Counted from the first letter of the stretch, positions 14,790 through 28,267 are shown. The stretch: DNA of 64,000 nucleotides from Chiloscyllium plagiosum (GCF_004010195.1 NC_057720.1:35851345-35915344); one strand, 5' to 3'. The notes: generated by a model from the sequence alone, not told the origin. Translations and numbers: made by a program.

Positions 14790-15870
14790 GCTTCCCTCAA
14801 CCAATTCCTGGCATTACTGATGCTAAATCCCTCAATATTACATTCTTGGAGGGAAGGGGGGTGGGGGTGGGGCGGAATTATCATTGGTCAGAAACTGAAC
14901 TGTACCAACCAAAATAATACTCTGGCTTCAAGAGCAAGTCAAAGGCTTGGAATTCGATGGTAAATAACTTCCCTTTTGTCTTTACATTGCCTGCTCATCA
15001 GCTATAAGGCACAAGTCAGAAGCATGATAGCATAATCTTTACTTGGCTTTGTGTATCCAACAACCAAAAACTGTGACACCATCCAGGCCAAAATCGCCGA
15101 GTTGTTTGGCATCCCATTCTCCTATTCACCACCTTCAACAGTCACTCCCTCTACCACTGACACACAGTGGCAGCAGGGTGTAGCATCAACCACATGTACT
15201 GCAGCAACTCATCATAGCTCCTTCAGCAGCATCTTCCAAACCTGCGGCCCCTACCATCTAGAAGGACCAGGGCAGCAGATGCATGAGAACATCACCATCT
15301 ACAAACTCCTTTCCAAGCCATACATCATCCTGACTTGGAACTATAATTGCCATTCCTTCACTGTTACTGGAGCAAACTCCTGGAACTCTCTTCCTAATAG
15401 CATTGGGCTGTACCTACATTATAAGAATTTTAGGGGTTCAAGAAGGCAGCTCATCGCCATCTTCTCAAGGGCAATTAAGATTAGATTCCCTACAGTGTGG
15501 AAACAGGTCCTTCGGCCCAACAAGTCCACACCGACTGTCCAAAGAGTAACCCACCCAGACCCATTTCCCTCTGACTAATGCACCTAACACTATGGGTAAT
15601 TTAGCATGGCCAATTCACCTGACCTGCACATCTTTGGACTGTGGAAAGAAACCGGTGCACCCAGAGGAAACCCATGCAGACAAGGGGAGAAGGTGCAAAC
15701 TCGACACAGACAGCCGCCCGAGCATAGAATTGAACCTGGGTCCCTGGTGCTGTGAGGCAGCAGTGCTAACCACTGAGCCACCATGCTGCCATTTATTACC
15801 CACTGTAAAGATGGGTAATAAATGCTGGCCTAGTTCATGACACTCTTGTCCCAAGAAAGAATGAAAAAAT
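14790..15870 (+). mobile_element. CR1/L2-group LINE 3' fragment interrupted by a SINE
   Basis: Colinear with 58780-59450 (…catcaacc…tgcagcaactc…gggcaat…aaatgctggcc). Confidence 0.75.
15479..15790 (-). mobile_element. HE1-type V-SINE
   Basis: Reverse complement of the 5935-6247 consensus, head to tail. Confidence 0.92.
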
Positions 15871-15915
15871 CAAGCAGTCAGAGGCAAAATTGAAGGCCTA
15901 CTAATTCATGTCACA

Positions 15916-16099
15916 GGGAGAAAGTGAGAACTGCTGATGCTGTAGACCAGTGTCGAGAATGTGATGCTGGAAAAGCACAGCAGGTCAGACAGCATCCAAG
16001 GAGAAACAGAACCAAAGGAATGAAGGGCTTATGCCTGAAACATCGATTCTCCTGCGCCTCGGATGCCACTGTGCTTTTCCAGTACCACACTATTCGACT
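15916..16099. mobile_element. Fold-back mini PLE insertion with partial hammerhead
   Basis: Arms tcgagaatgtgatgctggaaaagcacag / ctgtgcttttccagtaccacactattcga. TSD ctaattcatgtca at 15901-15913 and 16100-16112. Central TGAagggcttatgcctGAAACATC. Confidence 0.8.
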
Positions 16100-18517
16100 C
16101 TAATTCATGTCAAAGTATGGTTAAGGATATCAGAACGTGTCCTCTTAATTTTTATCAGTAACAGTATGAACCACTTTAAATTTCAGCTCATGATATCAAG
16201 AATGTATAATGCTGGTGAGCTAGTGAAAAGCTGAGATAACATTTTGATAGCATTTTGATTTTTCCTTCAATAATTTAAATTTAGACAGTTACAATTAAAT
16301 GTGCATTTAAAACATCTCCGTGTTGTATTTCTGGTGGCTATATCTATTTGATATGCAATTGCATTCTGTAAAAATATAACTGAGGTGCCATCGTTCCTGA
16401 TGGCAGAACAGACAGGTTACCACTTTTTCTCTTGCTTTTCCTGATTCTTGCTTGACTCAAATTAAAGTATAAAGTGCCGGCAACATGCATGGGATACACA
16501 TGTGATCACAAGACAAGGAAAACTTTTCCCTGCGGACACTGCCATCAGCTGACAATGCAGCAAGTACTGGGAGCTATAAAAAAGCCACTGGGACAAACAA
16601 GGAGGCTTGTCACCACAGCCACAACTTCTCTGCCCGAGTCCCAGTGTTTTGAAGATTCTAAGCCATAGGTAAGTAGAGTGGGGAACGGATTTCACAAGGT
16701 AGTGTTGACAGGGTGAGTGGGACAGGGATGTCAGAAGCACAGACAAGGTGTGACTCTCATTAGGTCTGCTCCTTCCCAATATCCAGTCCCTCAATTAGAA
16801 ACTCTTTGCCTTTGATTGAGAGACATCCTCCACCCCTGAGGTGACAACCACCTCGCACAGTTTGATCTATCATGCAGGCTGCATGGTGTCCTTAATGCGC
16901 TATTTATGGGCCTCATTTGGCAGTGGAGATGGTTGGTCAACCATAAAGCTTTGCACCTAATATCTCTTTCTGTTGGAGGCAGGAAGGAAGTGAGGTCCTA
17001 GTACAGCACCACCCCACTTCATTAAATGTTCTTCCTGTCTTTCAGCTGGTGAGAGCAGCACAGCCCACCATCTTTTTCATTAATTTAAAGTGGTTGGGAG
17101 ATTTCCCTTAAGATCCAACTTTTATTACCAGAGCATGTATTTGAGTAAAATGAAAGTATTTTCTCTCCCTCTCGTAAGACACTTAACACGATGGGCAGAA
17201 TCAGGGTAGGCCCTAAATGATGTGGACTAGGGGGAGAAATCTGGGAAACTACAGAGAAATCCATCAAGGCCTTCCTCCACACTAGCAGCAATCAGCTGCA
17301 TTCTCCAACAGAGTTTTGGGTGTCGAGATGCGTTTCTCACTAGGCAGCAGCAAATTGCCTACATTTTTTGTTTGTTTGTTGTCCTTTGCTTGTTGTAAGC
17401 CTTGTTAACTGCACGCCTTGCCTCATTGAATTGCAGCCTCCAATCCTACCACTGACGTGAGGAAAACTGGATGTCGAGAATTCTGAAAGTCAGAGCGGAT
17501 AACGGGTGACTCCAGCTCGCTGTTGATCCTCTGAATGCCATCTTGGACATCTGGCCCCAGTGTCTCAGGACATGCTCCCAGGGAATAGCTGCACATACCT
17601 TACATCCACAGAGGCTGACACCTGACAAATGCCAGTCTCCACGCATCATCATGCTATATATCCAATGCACAGGCCAACGCTATTGCTCTTTATTGCTGCA
17701 CTATGAAGCACTCTTGCAACTATCATTGAAATGTTGTTGAAGGAGACTTTGTGTGTAGGGACAAGCACCCTGCTCATAGATTGGACCAGGGAGCATCTTA
17801 GGGCTGAATGCTTGCTCTCTTAGGGTTCACTCAGTGCCTATGTGGATGCTCAGAGCATACTTGCCTTACTTTGTCTTTTTGCACTTTGCCTGAAGTAGCA
17901 GGGTTCTCATGGTGTTGCTGGAGTGTCAGTATCTGAGGAGGCAGACGATGCAGGAAGCACCTTTGATGGTTCTTCCACTGAAGCATCCATGTACTCTTCC
18001 TCAAAGGTGGTGAAGGGGATGTCCAGTGGGGCAACATTTTTGTTTTTGGCTAGACATGGTGCTGTTATCTGAACGACCCAAAACATAGAAGGCACCGTGA
18101 CCAAGGGTTAAAAGCTGTGGCAGGTAAAATGTACATTGACACAAGTAAATTGGGAGTTGCAGTACAATGAACAACTCTTACTTCATTGCTGGGACATGGA
18201 TGTCTCTGCATCTCCACAGGACTTGTCCTGGTTCTTGCCAGCAAGATTCAAGATCCTTTCCTTGTAGGGGGTGAGGAACTGAATATTGGGCCCCGAGCAC
18301 CGTTTCTGGCCCTTCCGGCCCTATTGTGGGATGTTTTCTCCGATAATGAGAGAAAGGGAGGGATTAAGTGAGATGTAGGTATCTGGCACAACTGTTAGCA
18401 TTGGTGCAAATGATGGAGTGGTGATGAGGTGTCCCAGGCGAATGAGTAAGCAGTGCAAAGGGCCCACAGGGTTACTTGTTGGAGTTGGTGAGAGCAATGA
18501 GGGAAGATACTGCATGC

Positions 18518-19568
18518 AGTAGAGTAGAGTAGCTTTTTATTTGTCATTTCCACCATATACAACTGATACAGTAAAAATGAGACAGTGTTCTTTCAGGACT
18601 GAGGGTGCTACATGTACAGCACAAACTGCACAATCGTACACAGCATAAAGTGCATAAGAAGTACAAAACATGCAAGTTACAGTATAAAAGAAGAATGATA
18701 AATAATAGACACTTTTTTAGCACCAATTTGAAGTCATGCAAAGGATTTCAGATGGGAAAAAGTCCGATCATACTTTGGGGAAGAAACTGTTGCACAGTCT
18801 GGCCATGAGAGACTGAATGCTCCGGCATCTTCTGCCAGATGGCAGGATGGAGAAGAGTTTGAGTGAGGGGTGTGTAGGGTCTTCCACAATGCTCTTAGCC
18901 TTTTGGATACAGTGTGTTGTGTAAATGTCTGTAATGGAGGGAAGAGAGACCCCGATGATCTTCTCAGCCGTCCTCACTATCCGTTGTGGGGTCTTACAAT
19001 CTGAGATGGTGCAATTGCCAAACCAGGCAGTGATGCAGCAGCTCAGGGTACTCTCAATGAACCCTCTGTACAATGTGTTGAGGGTGGGAGGTGGGCTTTC
19101 CTTAATCGATGCAGAAAGTAAAGATGCTGCTGGGCTTTCTTGGCTATGCAGCTGGTGTTGAGGATCCAGGTGAGATTCTCCACTAGGTATACGCCAAGAA
19201 ATTTGGTTCTCTTCACGATCTCCACAGGAGAGTCGTCAGTGTCCAGAGGAGAGTGGTTACTCTGTGCCGTCCTGAAGTCAACAATCATCTCTTTCATCTT
19301 GTCCACGTTCAGAGACAGGTTGTTGGCTGTGCATCAGTCCACTAGCTGCTGCACCTCCTCTCTGCATGCTGACTCATTATTCGTGCTGATGAGACCCACA
19401 ACAGTCATATCATCAGCGAACTTGATGATGTAATTCGACCTGTGCATCGCTGCACAGTCATGTGTCAGCAGGGTGAACAGCAGTGAACTGAGCACATAGC
19501 CCTGGGGGGCCCCGTGCTCAGTGTGATGGTGTTGGAGGTACTGTTCCTGATCTGGACTGACTGCGGTT
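18518..19568 (-). mobile_element. Rex1/Babar LINE, 5'-truncated
   Basis: Minus frames KEMIVDFR...KFLGVYLVENLTW...KKAQQHLYFLHRLRK and YRGFIESTLSCCITAWFGNC; short-repeat 3' tail (agtag)n at 18518-18533. Confidence 0.88.
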
Positions 19569-19920
19569 TAGTAAGAGGATTTAGATCATGACCCTCTGGG
19601 GAGAAGTAGAGAAAGAGTATGTGCGAGATTGCAGAGAGTAGATTAGGATTCTTAACTTGGCAAGGTAGAGAAGGCCATTGACCTTGTTTCTACGCTGTTG
19701 GGCATTCCTCCGAAACGTGGAGACTACACTGACCCAGGTGGCAACCCCTGACCAGAATGGTAGCATCTGGTGGTCCTGGGAAATGTGGAGGGCCCTCCTC
19801 TACACCACCCCATCCACCAGGATCTCCAATTCCCTGTCCAGTATCACAATTTGCCCTTGCCTGTCATTGCATCCACTAAACTGTGTGCAGCCAGGTAGGG
19901 CAGCTCTGGAATGCCAGCAT

Positions 19921-20436
19921 TTAGAATCATAGAATCCCTACAGCATGGAAGCAGGCCATTCAATCCATCAAGTCAACATCAACCTTCCAGACAGCAACCT
20001 ACCCAGACCCACTCGCCCTATCCTATCCTCGCACAGTGGCTCAGTGGTTAGCACTGCTGTCTCACAGCGCCAGGGACCTGGTTTTGATTCCAGCCTCAGG
20101 CAACTGTCTGTGTGGAGTTTGTACATTCTCCTCATGTCAGTGTGGTTTTCGTCTGCGTATTCTGGTTTCCTCCCATCGTCCGAAGATGTGCAGGTTAGGT
20201 GGATTGGCCATGCTAAATTGCCATTGCGTCCAGGGATGTGTAGGTTTAGGTGGAAATGCAGGGTTACGGGGGTTGGGTCTGGATTGCATGTTCTTCGAAG
20301 GGTTGGTGTTAACTCAATGGGCCAAATGTTGTGCTTCCACACTGTAGAGATTCTATGATTTTATCCATTTCTATTCTATGAATTGAACCTAGCTCCCTGG
20401 CGCTTTGAATGCTAACCACTGAGCCACTGTGTCACT
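19921..20436. mobile_element. Nested V-SINEs: + copy (20031-20360) inside or replacing the middle of a - copy (19921-20030, 20380-20436)
   Basis: Minus-strand tail (agaatcatagaatccctacag) on the left, plus-strand SINE in the middle, minus-strand head (gaattgaacct...gctaaccactgagccac) on the right. Confidence 0.8.
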
Positions 20437-23400
20437 CCAAACTTCTCTGGGTACAGAGCAGCATTTTAGAGATGACACCATGTCAGGGATGCTGGTCTCT
20501 TCTGGGATATCCAGGTAATGAGGAGTTCTTTCAGCTACAACCATCAGAAGAATTGGGTTAGTATTGCATCAAATGACAAGGATATCATAGAGGCCAGATG
20601 TGTTGTTAAAGAGGCAAGTTTGGGATGACTGCACCAAAACCCATGGAGAGAGGACTTCTGAAAATCAATGCAATTGATGCCTTTTACTTGAATTGAGTAT
20701 CAATTGTGTGTAGCTATACTATTCCCTTTGCACTATCTATAAAGAAGTATGGTTTATGGGGAGGGGTGATCTCAAAATGCTGGATGAAGGAGATTATTGT
20801 TGTGCAACACTCTAGACCACTGAGAAATGAAGGTCATCTAAAGCGAGGCACTCAAATTCTAGCAACAGGCAACACTTGGGACTTAAAATGTAACCCATAT
20901 GGGAGTAAAATCCTCAATTATTCATAAATATCAGTCATTAATGAACTAACTACTTTAAAATACTTAACTCTCCATTGTCTGATTGAACTGTGTGTGCCTA
21001 ACAAATACCTGATATTAAATATGATAGGAAGGATTTTAAGCCCAAACCAGCTTCTGAGTATTTGTTATTTTGTAACCTTGTAACACTATAAGTTGATAAG
21101 TGATTCGGAATTAATATTTTACCACTAGATGTCTGCAGTACATTTCATAATATTTTATTTACAAGGTATGTGCAAAACACATAAAAAACTGTACTTTTTA
21201 CATTGCCTCTTTCAATCCAGTTTTAAGCTTTTGAATGTTTTACTTTGATATCTGAGTGAATACTGTTGATTCCCACACTACTATTCCAGTGGTGCACCAC
21301 CCATCAGCCATGTATTCATCGAGCTGAGTACTGCAACTGGCAAATAAACTGTTGGACCTCATGAAAAATGGAATGTGCTTTATAGTGTTTAGTGATTGAT
21401 AGTATCTCATTTCTACATTTCATTTCAAAATAACAATATTTATAGTTAAAAAGTAAAATGTTGAAATTCTAACAGTTTCCTTTTTGTCATTACCAAATAA
21501 TCGATTATGCACCCAGAAAATCCATGACTTGTATTAAACGATCTATTATTTGTGACACCCTTATAATACACTACAGCTGCATAAGGACAGTATTATTTAG
21601 TATCAGTGGCTCTGCACTCTCACTTACACATGCAAGGGAGGTGTTTGGAAGTGAGCAGCTCCACAGTATTTAAGAATAGTTTATTAAGCTGAACTGTAAG
21701 CTGTATGTAGAAGAGGGCTTGAGATTGACATGTTTGGGATTAGTTCGGCCCTACATTTTTCAGAGGTCGTCTCCATGGATCTCAGAGGCTGTGAAATAAA
21801 TGGGCCTTGCTTTAGCAGCTGGCCAAATGTATGAAACCAATACATAACATTTAATTCCACTGTCTGCATAGGGAGAACACAGATTATTCAGTTATTTGAT
21901 TAATACAGGAATGAGTTTCTACTTGACCAAAACTATTGTTCTCTATTAATCATTTGACCTTTATTTTGAATAAAAGGTTTTGGGAGGGAAAAGAGAATAA
22001 TTTACATGGCAGAAATACTGTCTCAGTATATCTTGGACATGAGATCAGCCATAAATTGGAGAAGAAAGAAATGATAAATCAGTGGTTAAAGAATAAGTCT
22101 CAATGTCAAGACATTTTTATAAATTAAACATTAATGAAGAATTAGGATTCCCCTTAGTGTAGTTTTCTTCATGTTTATTTCTGCTGATTAAAATATGTGC
22201 ATGCATTTTTGTTTAATTAGTGTAGTTCACTGACCTCACTGGGGAGGAGAGTGGTGGGGGCAGGTGTTGGGGTTATCTAGCTATTGGGTATGACCATTGC
22301 ACCAAGAAATTAACAAGCTAACACTGAAGCACCCTGAGTTACTGAAAAAAACCCTCTAACATTAATTCAGCTATTTCACACTATCATCCTTAATATGTTC
22401 TCTCTGTTAGTTTCCCTTATTATTTCATCATCAGTTATCACACAAAACAAAAATAGTTGATAAATTGGCAGAAATAATCAATCAGACTGATCGCAGTTAT
22501 TACTAATAGTTTGTTGTCTTTTACAGTACATTGTGTTATGCTTTAAATACTAGAAAAGGAGCTCTGCCAATCTCGTTAGCGATAAGTAATGAAGAAAAAA
22601 TATTTCTTTCAGGGATTCATGATAGGGAGTGACGATTTATTAAAAGAATACAACCAATGTGCCCAGTAGACATGTTTGAGTTACTGACTCTCTGATATCA
22701 CAATGGTTTGATGTGAATGATTGGGAGCAGAGTGACAAGGATGTTTTTAACACTCGGTACTATGTAATGAGGATAGACTGACAGAATCTGCCTTGTTCAT
22801 GCTAGGAAAAATATGATATGGCGTGATTCAAGTTTTTAAAATGCCACAAGGTAGGGATAACGCAGATGAAAGCAGGTTATTTAACTTCAAATTTGATTGT
22901 CGTACTACAGCACTCGAGTACAAAATTGACAAGCCTCAAGCAAGAGATTAGAAAAAAATTGCGTTTTCCCCATAGACTTGTAGATATGTAGAACAGATTC
23001 CTATCAAAAGTAGTTAACATTATGTTGATTAAATACCATAAAAAGACCAGGACAAAATACCTAATTGTGAAAGAGATTGAATTTACATGAATATGTATAT
23101 GATCAAATAACGACGGTTCCAAGAAGTGATATGGGGCATACTTACTTGGGACCAAAGGAACAGGTCAGGACTTGAGAATGGTAGACAGATATCCTGGTGG
23201 TTTTGCTCAACAGTCTTTGGACTCAAGAGAAGACAACACTGAAATTCCTTCTCGTGGAAATAATCCAAGTTTTTTTGGCCCTTGAAGCAGATTGAATAAC
23301 TTGGGGAGAACATAGGCATGTACATCCGGATATTTATTTCAGGTCTATTGAAAAAAAGTCAAATTAGTGGAGTGCACATTTCGAATGATTCTCACCCTAA

Positions 23401-24559
23401 GAGTTATATTGATAGAAAATAGATTGCCACTGGGATATTAGTACTTTGTATATGTTTACATATTGTTGAATGTAGCTATTCGTGATATTAAGCTTGTTTC
23501 TAGGTTACCTCTGGCTAGGCCAAGGTTTTCAATGTTACAATGCTATTTCCAGTTTGCTGTGACTGAACTAAGAAGAACTGCTGGCTTACTTCAATGTACA
23601 GTGTGACAACTGCTCAAGTGTGTTTGGTGCATTGAACGTTGCCTGTTCCATTTAATGTTGACTGAGGTAACTTTGAAAAACAACATTCAAGTAGAATTAA
23701 TTTCCATAGAAGCAGTAGCTATCTTGGTTTCATATAAGATAAATATAATGAATGTTTGAAGGCTTTGGAACACTCTTACTATGAAAAAGGGGCTATATAA
23801 ATGCACATTGTTATTGCTATTGTTATATTCCAAGCAGTGGCAAGCTAAAGGAATGCATGACTACCCTTTTCATAGAGTTTCACATGGCTTCTCATTGGAT
23901 TCAATTTAAGCGCTGGCTTCTAAGATTTATTCTGTAATTCCAGCAACACAACAATGCAACATTTCCTTTGTGACGATTCTTATCTAGCAGTGTTAGCAGG
24001 CAAGTAGTGGAACATGTTACAATACATTTTAGTTATAGTCAGTGTTAAGGTTCACTATATTTCTAATGTGGCTGAGGGTTGAAATATGTAAACTTTCCAA
24101 CATGATTTTCGAACACACTGGCATTATCAGTAAGATAAGGTGGATGTTAATGGGGAAAAAGCATTTATGTAGTCAAGATGACAAACTAATAATGCAAAGG
24201 TTTGCAAAACATGCAGAATATTGACATTATAACTGATAATCTGAGTACAGTTGTAAGGGTTAAGGTTTCATTGTCTCATCTCTCTTGAATGCTGGAAGGA
24301 AAAAAAGAATTGTGGCCCTGAAGAAGTGAAACACAAGGCTTTAAGTTGATGAGAAGATGACTGTGCCCTGGTTCACTGCCATGTTTCTGTGGGTCTTGTT
24401 GCATCAGTGTCTGTGCTCCTTTAACAATATGAATTGTATTCCTATTTCAACAAGATTAATATTTTCCCATGTCTGACATGCTTTTCATATTCACTAAGTA
24501 TGGGATGTTGTACTGCAAATGATGCTTCTTTGATGATATTTTTTCTTCTCTCTCTGCAG

Positions 24560-24655
24560 CCTGTTCTGCTATCAGCACCAATTAAAAGGGAGGGGGAATC
24601 TCCCACAGCATCGCCAGTCTCTGCAGACGACACTCATCATTCAGACAGATATCAG
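24560..24655 (+). CDS. RNF220: Internal coding exon of E3 ubiquitin ligase RNF220 (phase 0/0, 32 codons)
   Basis: Polypyrimidine tract and acceptor ttttcttctctctctgcag|, donor |gtggga. Translates PVLLSAPIKREGESPTASPVSADDTHHSDRYQ, matching recalled human RNF220 SLLLSASIKREGESPTASPHSSATDDLHHSDRYQ. Confidence 0.93.
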
Positions 24656-25425
24656 GTGGGATTGGGGGAAGAACAGTATCCATTGACTGTTCTCAGAACC
24701 CAGGTGTAAAGTGATTTTTATGCATTTCCAGCCAATGTTCCAACTATTTTGATTCTTTTAAAGGGGAAGAGCTGTCATTATCAGGACATCTATTCAAAAA
24801 GAATCTCATCAACAGGACAGAATTTATATTGAGTGTGTCACCAATAGGATTCACTTTACGATCAGGGCTTCATTCAAATGGAAAATCTCATCAGCAAGGC
24901 CTATGTTAAATGGGAATTTTCAGTAGCAAGATCCTTTTTAGAAATCACAATCTTACAATAAGTAAAAGTAAAAAGAGCTTCCAGAGTGAATACTGTGAAT
25001 GTGCAGCAATGACCTCAATATGAGTCATATGCAGTTTTCATTTCTTCCAAAAAAAGACAAAAGAATGTGATATGTCTTGAAATGTTGCAGAGACTTCATT
25101 GTTGTTTGTCAGACAGCACAATTCATTTCCTACCACAAGATCTCAAGGATTAGGTTGAATCTGGTTGACTCTTAAATACCCCTGGAATGGCCAAGAAAGC
25201 CACTCAGTTGTAACTAATAATGTCACAGTCAGATAAAACTTGATGCACCACCCAACAACAACCAAGGCACTAGAAATGACAATAACGCATGCAGTCCCAT
25301 CGACCTTCCAAAGTCCTCCCAACATCTGTAGGCTAAGATTGGGAGAATTATTCCATGGACTAGTCAAGCATAGCTTGGTGTAGAGCTTGGAGTAGCTGTA
25401 AAACTCTACACTTGGTGTGGAGCTT

Positions 25426-25745
25426 CATAGAATAGAATCCCAGCAGTGTGGGAACAGGCCATTCAGCCCATCAAGTCCACACCACCCCTCCGAAGAGCAT
25501 CTCCCTGTCCCACCCCATCCCTGCATTTACATGGCCAGTCCACCCAACCTACATAACCATGGACACCACTGGGCATATTAGCTTGGCCAATCCACTTAAC
25601 CTGCACATCTTTGGACTGTGGGAGGAAACCCACACAGACACTGGAAGAAAGTGCAAACTCCTCATCGTCGCCTGAGGTTGAAATCAAACCCAGGTCCCTG
25701 GTGCTGTGAGGCAATGGTCCTAACCACTGAGCCACCAGTCTGCCC
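25426..25745 (-). mobile_element. HE1-type V-SINE (older copy)
   Basis: Reverse complement of SINE head, V domain and tail. Confidence 0.88.
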
Positions 25746-26547
25746 CAACACTCATGGAATCGTACCTAACAATATCCCAGATATTATCTTCACAATCCTG
25801 TTCTACTGACAGCACAGGTCAGCACACTGGCATACAGTTGTGACTTTTTGCTGATTCCCACCTAAACCCTCAGCTGGAAATTCAGTTCTCCACCAGGTTC
25901 TACATGGAGGATGAATTGAGGGTGGCAAGAGCACAGAATGTACTTTAGGTAAGGAATTTCAATGTCTAAAACCAATACAAGCTTGGTGGTAACTGAGTTG
26001 TGTCCTAAAGGACATGGCTGCTAGACTGGACTTATGGCAGGTGGTGAGGGAACCAATAGTTGGAAAGACTTGCTTGACATCATCTTTGCAGGTCTACCTG
26101 GAGCAGATGTACATGCCCAAGACTATCTCTGCACTCCTGACATATTCAGTCATGAATGGGGGTGCATTTAAACAATTCATAGGAGGAGGAGACTCCAAAT
26201 AAATGCCCATATCTTTAATGATGGGGGAGCCCAGCACATTTCACCAGTCCAGGTAAAGAAGATATCTTCAGCATGATGTGCCAAATTCATGATATCGTGG
26301 TCTCCTACTGAGATCTGGAGTGTCTCAGATTCCAATCTTCAGCCAATTCCATTCACTCCGTGTGAAATCACAAAAAGGCCAGAGATACTGGAAAGTTTAT
26401 GGGCCCTGATAACATTCTTGTAATAATACTGAAAACTTGTATTTCAGAATAATCGTGCCCCAAGCTAAGCTGTTCCAGTACAGCTATAACACTGGCATCT
26501 ACCTGACAATGTGGAAGATTGCCGAGGTATGTCCTGTATACAAAAAG

Positions 26548-26707
26548 GAGAAAGTGAGGACTGCAGATGCTGGAGATCAGAGCTGAAAATGTGTTGCTGG
26601 AAAAGCGCAGTAGATCAGGCAGCATCCAAGGAGCAGGAGAATCGACGTTTCGGGCATGAGCCCTTCCTGAAGAAGGGTTTGCGCTTTTCCAGCAACACAT
26701 TTTCAGC
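26548..26707. mobile_element. Fold-back mini PLE insertion, perfect 15-bp TSD
   Basis: TSD cctgtatacaaaaag at 26533-26547 and 26708-26722; arms gctgaaaatgtgttgctggaaaagcgca / tgcgcttttccagcaacacattttcagc. Confidence 0.88.
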
Positions 26708-26989
26708 CCTGTATACAAAAAGCAGAACAAGTCCAACAGACTAATACTGCCCAATCAGATTACTCTCAATCTTCAGAAGAGTGATTAAAGTTGTCAATGA
26801 CAGTGCTATCAAATTGCACTTACTCAACAATTATCTGCTTGCTGATGTACAGTTTGGATTTGCCAAGTGCACTGAACTCCTGACCTCATTACATATAGGA
26901 CCAAAAGAATTGAATATAAAAAGGAATTTCCTTGGTATCAAGGCAGCATTTTACCTCATACAGCATTAAGTAACTCCAGAGCCAAAAAG

Positions 26990-28267
26990 AGTAATGTTGG
27001 AAAAGCACAGCCGGTCAGGCAGCATCCGAGGAGGCTGAGAGATAAATGGGAGGGGGGGTGGAGTTGGAAATGTGATAGGTAGCTGAAGGTGGGGGAGATG
27101 GTGATAGGTCAGAGTGAAGGGTGGAGCAGATAGGTGGGAAGGAAGATGGACAGATAGGACAGTTCAAAATTGCTCTCGATGTGGTCTCCTCTACATTGGG
27201 GAGATAGGACGCCAATTTGCAGAACATTTCAGAGAACATTGCCAGGACACATGCACTAAACAACCCCACTGCCCCGTGGCTGACCACTTCAACTCCCCCT
27301 CCCACTCTACCAAAGACATCAAGTCCTGGGTCTCCTCCACTGCCAGATTCTACCCACCTGACGCCTGGAGGAAGGATGCCTCGTCTTTCACCTTGGGACC
27401 CTCCAACCAAACGGGATCAATGTCAATTTCACCAGTTTCGTATTATCTCCTCCCCTCCACCTTATCCCAGATCCAACCCTCCAACTTGGCATCGCCCTCT
27501 TGAACTGCCATAGAGTCATAGAGAAGTACAGCATGGAAACGGACCCTTCGGTCCAACGTGTCCATGCCGACCAGATATCCCAATCCAATCTAGTTCCACC
27601 TGCCAGCACCTGGCCCATATCCCTCCAAACCCTTCCTATTCATATCCCCATCCAAATGCCTCTTAAATGTTGCAATTGTACCAGCCTCCACCACATCCTC
27701 TGGCAGCCCATTCCATACACATACCACCCTCTGTGTGAAAAAGTTGCCCCTTGGGTCTCTTTTATATCTTTCCCCTCTCACCATAAACCTATGCCTTCTA
27801 GTTCTGGACTCCCCGACCCCAGGGAAAAGACTTTGTCTATTTATCCTATCCATGCCCCTCATAATTTTGTAAAAACCTCTGTAAGGTCACCCCTCAGCCT
27901 CTGACGCTCCAGGGAAAACAGCCCCAGCCTGTTCAGCCTCTCCCTGTAGCTCAGATCCTCCAACCCTGGCAACATCCTTGTAAATCTTTTCTGAACCCTT
28001 TCAAGTTTCACAACATCTTTCCGACAGGAAGGAGACCAAATTGTCCTACGTGTCCATCTTCCTTCCCACCTATCTGCTCTGCCCTCCTCTCTGATCTATC
28101 ACCATCACCCCCGCCCTTCATCGACCTATTGCATTCCCAGTTACCTTTCACCAACTCCACCCTCCCTTCCATTTATCTCTCAGTCCCCTGGGACCCTCCC
28201 CACATTCCTGATGAAGATCTTAAGCTTGAAACATCAACTCTTCTGCTCTCTGATGCTGCCTGACCGG
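26990..28267 (+). mobile_element. Neptune-like PLE 3' fragment with inverted 5' pLTR, interrupted by CR1
   Basis: CSRCGLLYIGEIGRQFAEHFREH GIY-YIG remnant at 27168-27300; inverted pLTR at 26990-27165; hammerhead-like CTGATGA...GAAACATC at 28208-28235. Confidence 0.8.
27510..28040 (-). mobile_element. HER1/CR1 LINE 3' end (young)
   Basis: Minus frame MRGMDRINRQSLFPGVGESRTRRHRFMVRGERYKRDPRGNFFTQRVV; tail ctctatgactctat. Confidence 0.92.

Larger units (their letters stand above)
16400..20900 (-). mobile_element. Decayed PIF/Harbinger relic, interrupted by Rex1 LINE and SINEs
   Basis: Minus strand 19620-19860 reads LDRELEILVDGVV*RRAL...FWSGVATWVSVVSTFRRNAQQRRNKVNGLLYLAK (Myb/SANT-like). Weak GDK..L..W nuclease-like remnant near 16590-16630. 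Outer limits are guesses. Confidence 0.5.
25140..26975 (+). mobile_element. Fragmented CR1/L2-group LINE hosting a SINE and a PLE mini-insertion
   Basis: QVVREP...LDIIF endonuclease remnant, gggccctgataacattc and ADVQFGF RT remnants; colinear with 57120-58400. Confidence 0.7.
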
